Of a DNA stretch of 64,000 nucleotides, positions 61,159-64,000 are shown piece by piece. The position numbers and the translations under genes are program-made. The notes below the pieces were generated by a model. That model had not been told where the DNA came from, made no database searches, and saw nothing but the letters and a program-made list of their open reading frames with translations. Each line of letters begins with the position of its first letter. The stretch's first letter is position 1. Source of the stretch: Longimicrobiales bacterium (GTDB lineage Bacteria > Gemmatimonadota > Gemmatimonadetes > Longimicrobiales > Gaopeijiaceae); the NCBI GenBank assembly GCA_965249725.1, contig CBDFMQ010000002.1, positions 352,001-416,000 on the forward strand. Direction: 5' to 3'.

Positions 61159-61182
61159 CCTCGCGTGCGAGGGAGACGTCTG

Positions 61183-63915
61183 ATGCTTCGGCTACGAACA
61201 AATAAGAGTGTGAAGGGCCTCCTCGGAGGGCTGACCGCCGGTCTATTGATGCTGGCATGCGACGGCCAGAACCTGTTCGTGGGCCCGCCTCTGCTCGACC
61301 AGCAGACGGACCGCGGAGCCCCCACCGTGATCATCATGACCCCGGGCGACTCCGCGGCATCGCCGCTAGGCGACTCGGTGCTGGTCACGGCACACGCTAC
61401 GGACGATGCCGGTCTGGCAAGCCTCCAGTTCGACGGACTTTCCTTCAGGGGAGACGCGAACTTGGGCACGGACGAAATCGTACCGCGGTTCGAGACCAAG
61501 GTCGTTCAGTTTCAGGAGCCGGTCGAAGACACCATCATCAGCCGTTGGCTGATTCCCGTAGCGGATACTCTCAAGGAAGAGACGAACCTGATCGTTACGG
61601 CCGTCGACGCGTTGGGCAACTCGTCCTCGGATACGATCCCACTCACATTGGGCGGGCCGGAAGTCGACCTCGAGGATCTCGTCGGCTTGGTACCAGCGGG
61701 GGCCAACCTACCCTTGAACGTGCGTGCAGCGGATCCGCTCGGGGTCCGGTTGATCGAACTGTTCGTGACGGGAGCGGTCGAGGCGACCATCAGTGTACCG
61801 ATCGTACCGGTCGACACGGTGGCGGTGCTGGACACGTTGGTCTTCATTCCGCCTGGAGTCACGGGCACGATCGACGTGCGGGCGAGAGCCTTCAACACCC
61901 TCAGCGTGCCGGGCAGTGACGGTCCGTTCGAGGTAGAGATCGTCATCGGTGGCACCGGCGATACCATTCCGCCGGGTGCTCAGGTGACGGTGACTCACGA
62001 TGACCGCTTGGAGCTGCAGGACTTTGTCACGGTGCAGGTAAAGGCCCGGGACGACGTCCTCGGAGATGGCGTCACGGAGATCGGGTACACGGCACTCGCC
62101 ATCTCGGCGACACGCTCTGACACCGTGATCCGGACTGAGAGCGTCACGTTTGCCACGCCTCGCGTAGGAAACTCGACGCAGACATTCCAGGTGCCGGTGT
62201 TCAATGCCGATTCCCTGGCGCTACCGGACACATTGATCTTCGAGTTGACCGGCTTCGTAAGGGACCAGCAGTCCAATTGTGCGACTTCAGTGGGCCTCGA
62301 CTCACTGGTCAGTCTGGGCTGCGGCACGCTGGGTGGTGCCACCGTCTCGCAGGACAATCCGGGGAACCGGACCACCGCGGTCATCGTGGCCGGCCGGACG
62401 GTACAGCTGCCGAGCGGTGGCCAGATCATGGACGCCGTCGTCGATACGGTTCGCAGAAAGCTCTACATGTCGAATATCGACGAAGGCCGGATCGAGATCT
62501 TCCGGCTTCAGGACGAGGCCTTCGAGCAGGCTGCGGCCGTGGGATCGGAGCCTTGGGGGCTCACGCTCAATCGAGTGGGTGACACCCTGATGGTGGCCAA
62601 TTCGGGTGGCACCAACATCTCTATGGTGCGGTTGGGCGCGACGGACGGTAGCGACACACCGCTCGAGGATCCGCTCACGCGCCTGCTCACACCCGACGTG
62701 GTCCTGTTCGACGTCGAAACTATTCTCGACGACGCGGGGGTCATCCGGTACAACGTCTTCTTCACCCCGGATGGTGAAGCGCCGGGATTCACTGATCGGC
62801 CGCAATTCGTGGCGGTGGACTCCACGGGCCGGATCCTCTACTCGACCAAGACGACCCTTCCTCTCGGCGACTTCGGTACCATTCGGAAGGCTGCCGTGCC
62901 GGCGGGTGGTGGAAATGTCGAGGTCAAGATGTTCGTCGAACACGCGGCGATGACCGAGAATCCGGACTTCACCGGGATCGCCCATGCGGATCTGGTCTTC
63001 AGGTCTGCCGGGGGCGCCATCACTGCCGACCAGGTGGGCGTCGTCGACCACACTCCGGGCGACTTCTTCGGCCCCCCACTCATCGCGACCGACTCCACGG
63101 CATCACTGGCTGCGGCTGCGAACGTCGTGCTGGGTGGCGACCCGATCGCCCGAGGGGGACGCTGGAGCGTCCCGGCCCTCGGTTTCCGTGACACGACCTT
63201 CGTGTCGGCGTCTGGTGACGGCGGGTGGGTCGTCTTCGGGGAAGGCTCCCGGGATCCGGTTGGTAGGATCATCATGTATGAGGCGGCGACGGATCAGATC
63301 AGCTCCGCGATCCAGGTCTTCGACGACATGATTAACGCGGGTGAGACCGTGCGCGGTATCGGCCTAAACTACGACGGCACGCAGGGTGTAGCGCGTGGTG
63401 GGGACGCATACTTCTTCACGACGGACCTGCGTCTACAGGGTGTCGGGGATCTCCCGGCCGGAGGAGCCGGGGCCGTATTGCACCCGCTCCACGCGAATGC
63501 CAAGTCCCTTCAGAACAACAGCGGCGTGTATCATCCCGACACGCATGTCGCATTCCTGGGCACCGGCGATCGCACGCTCGACATCATCGACACGTTCCAC
63601 TTCTTCCGTTCGGGACGGATCTTCATCAAGGACGTTCCGGCTGGACCGCTCAAAGCGGTACTGCCGTTCCCGGAGGACAACGCGAACTTCACCTGCACTA
63701 TGACATCCGTCACAGACCAGGCGGGCAACACCATCGGTAGTGCGGTCGAGGTCTACTCGGGCGGTGACTTCAACAGTCCGCACCCGGCCAGTGGCGGACC
63801 CACCGAGGATTCATGCATCGTCGTGAAGCTGGTGGGTATCACTGATGCGGGCGGAGTGGTGGTGGTCGACGTTCGGAAGAGCGACCTGCTAAGGGACCAT
63901 CCGGCGAGAAACTAG
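61183..63915 (+). CDS. Large lipoprotein with Ig-like domains and a YVTN/YncE-like beta-propeller
   Basis: RBS GAGGGAG, lipobox LMLAC, D..AP.V.I..P and A.DD.G Ig-like signatures, VGSEPWGL......TLMVANSGG.NISMV propeller blade. Confidence 0.72.
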   Translation: MLRLRTNKSVKGLLGGLTAGLLMLACDGQNLFVGPPLLDQQTDRGAPTVIIMTPGDSAASPLGDSVLVTAHATDDAGLASLQFDGLSFRGDANLGTDEIVPRFETKVVQFQEPVEDTIISRWLIPVADTLKEETNLIVTAVDALGNSSSDTIPLTLGGPEVDLEDLVGLVPAGANLPLNVRAADPLGVRLIELFVTGAVEATISVPIVPVDTVAVLDTLVFIPPGVTGTIDVRARAFNTLSVPGSDGPFEVEIVIGGTGDTIPPGAQVTVTHDDRLELQDFVTVQVKARDDVLGDGVTEIGYTALAISATRSDTVIRTESVTFATPRVGNSTQTFQVPVFNADSLALPDTLIFELTGFVRDQQSNCATSVGLDSLVSLGCGTLGGATVSQDNPGNRTTAVIVAGRTVQLPSGGQIMDAVVDTVRRKLYMSNIDEGRIEIFRLQDEAFEQAAAVGSEPWGLTLNRVGDTLMVANSGGTNISMVRLGATDGSDTPLEDPLTRLLTPDVVLFDVETILDDAGVIRYNVFFTPDGEAPGFTDRPQFVAVDSTGRILYSTKTTLPLGDFGTIRKAAVPAGGGNVEVKMFVEHAAMTENPDFTGIAHADLVFRSAGGAITADQVGVVDHTPGDFFGPPLIATDSTASLAAAANVVLGGDPIARGGRWSVPALGFRDTTFVSASGDGGWVVFGEGSRDPVGRIIMYEAATDQISSAIQVFDDMINAGETVRGIGLNYDGTQGVARGGDAYFFTTDLRLQGVGDLPAGGAGAVLHPLHANAKSLQNNSGVYHPDTHVAFLGTGDRTLDIIDTFHFFRSGRIFIKDVPAGPLKAVLPFPEDNANFTCTMTSVTDQAGNTIGSAVEVYSGGDFNSPHPASGGPTEDSCIVVKLVGITDAGGVVVVDVRKSDLLRDHPARN

Positions 63916-64000
63916 CCGGACCCTTCATTGCAGGAGTAGGAACCGTAGGAACCGGTGGTTGGTTGGAAGCCCCGGTGGGTGAAGCCCCTATGGGTAGACG

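Noticed and set aside
63936..63995. Short repeats gtaggaacc x2 and gaagcccc x2 at the window end
   Set aside because: Too short and truncated by the window edge to interpret.
1..64000. Prophage, IS element, tRNA or rRNA
   Set aside because: No integrase, transposase, phage structural motif or tRNA/rRNA pattern recognised; composition looks uniform by eye.

Overview
High-GC bacterial chromosomal window. The gene content and style suggest Gemmatimonadota (inference, no search run). It is dominated by a dispersed type IVa pilus locus: minor pilins (1-2610), comEA-pilB-pilT-pilC (29.0-33.9 kb), then pilS/pilR, a glycosylation cassette (GT2 plus two TMTC-like GT-C/TPR proteins), two major pilins, a second sensor/sigma54 regulator pair, fimT/pilV/pilW/pilX-like genes, pilMNOPQ and a large beta-propeller lipoprotein (41.9-63.9 kb). 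Also present are an ECF sigma/anti-sigma operon with glycogen-binding (CBM48/AMPK-CBM-like) domains and a twice-repeated TGTGACC-N16-CGTCTA promoter, a methionine cluster (metF-like, yitJ, metH with a structured leader), a Ser/Ser DapF, lptFG, a 2018-aa SprA-like outer-membrane protein directly upstream of comEA-pilBTC, and a housekeeping block (HIT, AgcS, dinB, SOD, LysM, flavin reductase, adenine deaminase). The best candidates for an undescribed system are (i) TMTC-type pilin glycosylation, (ii) the SprA-ComEA-T4P motor arrangement and (iii) the glucan-sensing ECF module. Four lesions are visible: an in-frame TAG at 8146, an in-frame TGA in pilB, a 33-bp duplication in the second sigma54 regulator and a 1-bp frameshift at the end of pilQ. 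They may be real decay or sequencing/assembly error. No rRNA, tRNA, CRISPR array or transposase was recognised. All family calls rest on motif recognition by eye.
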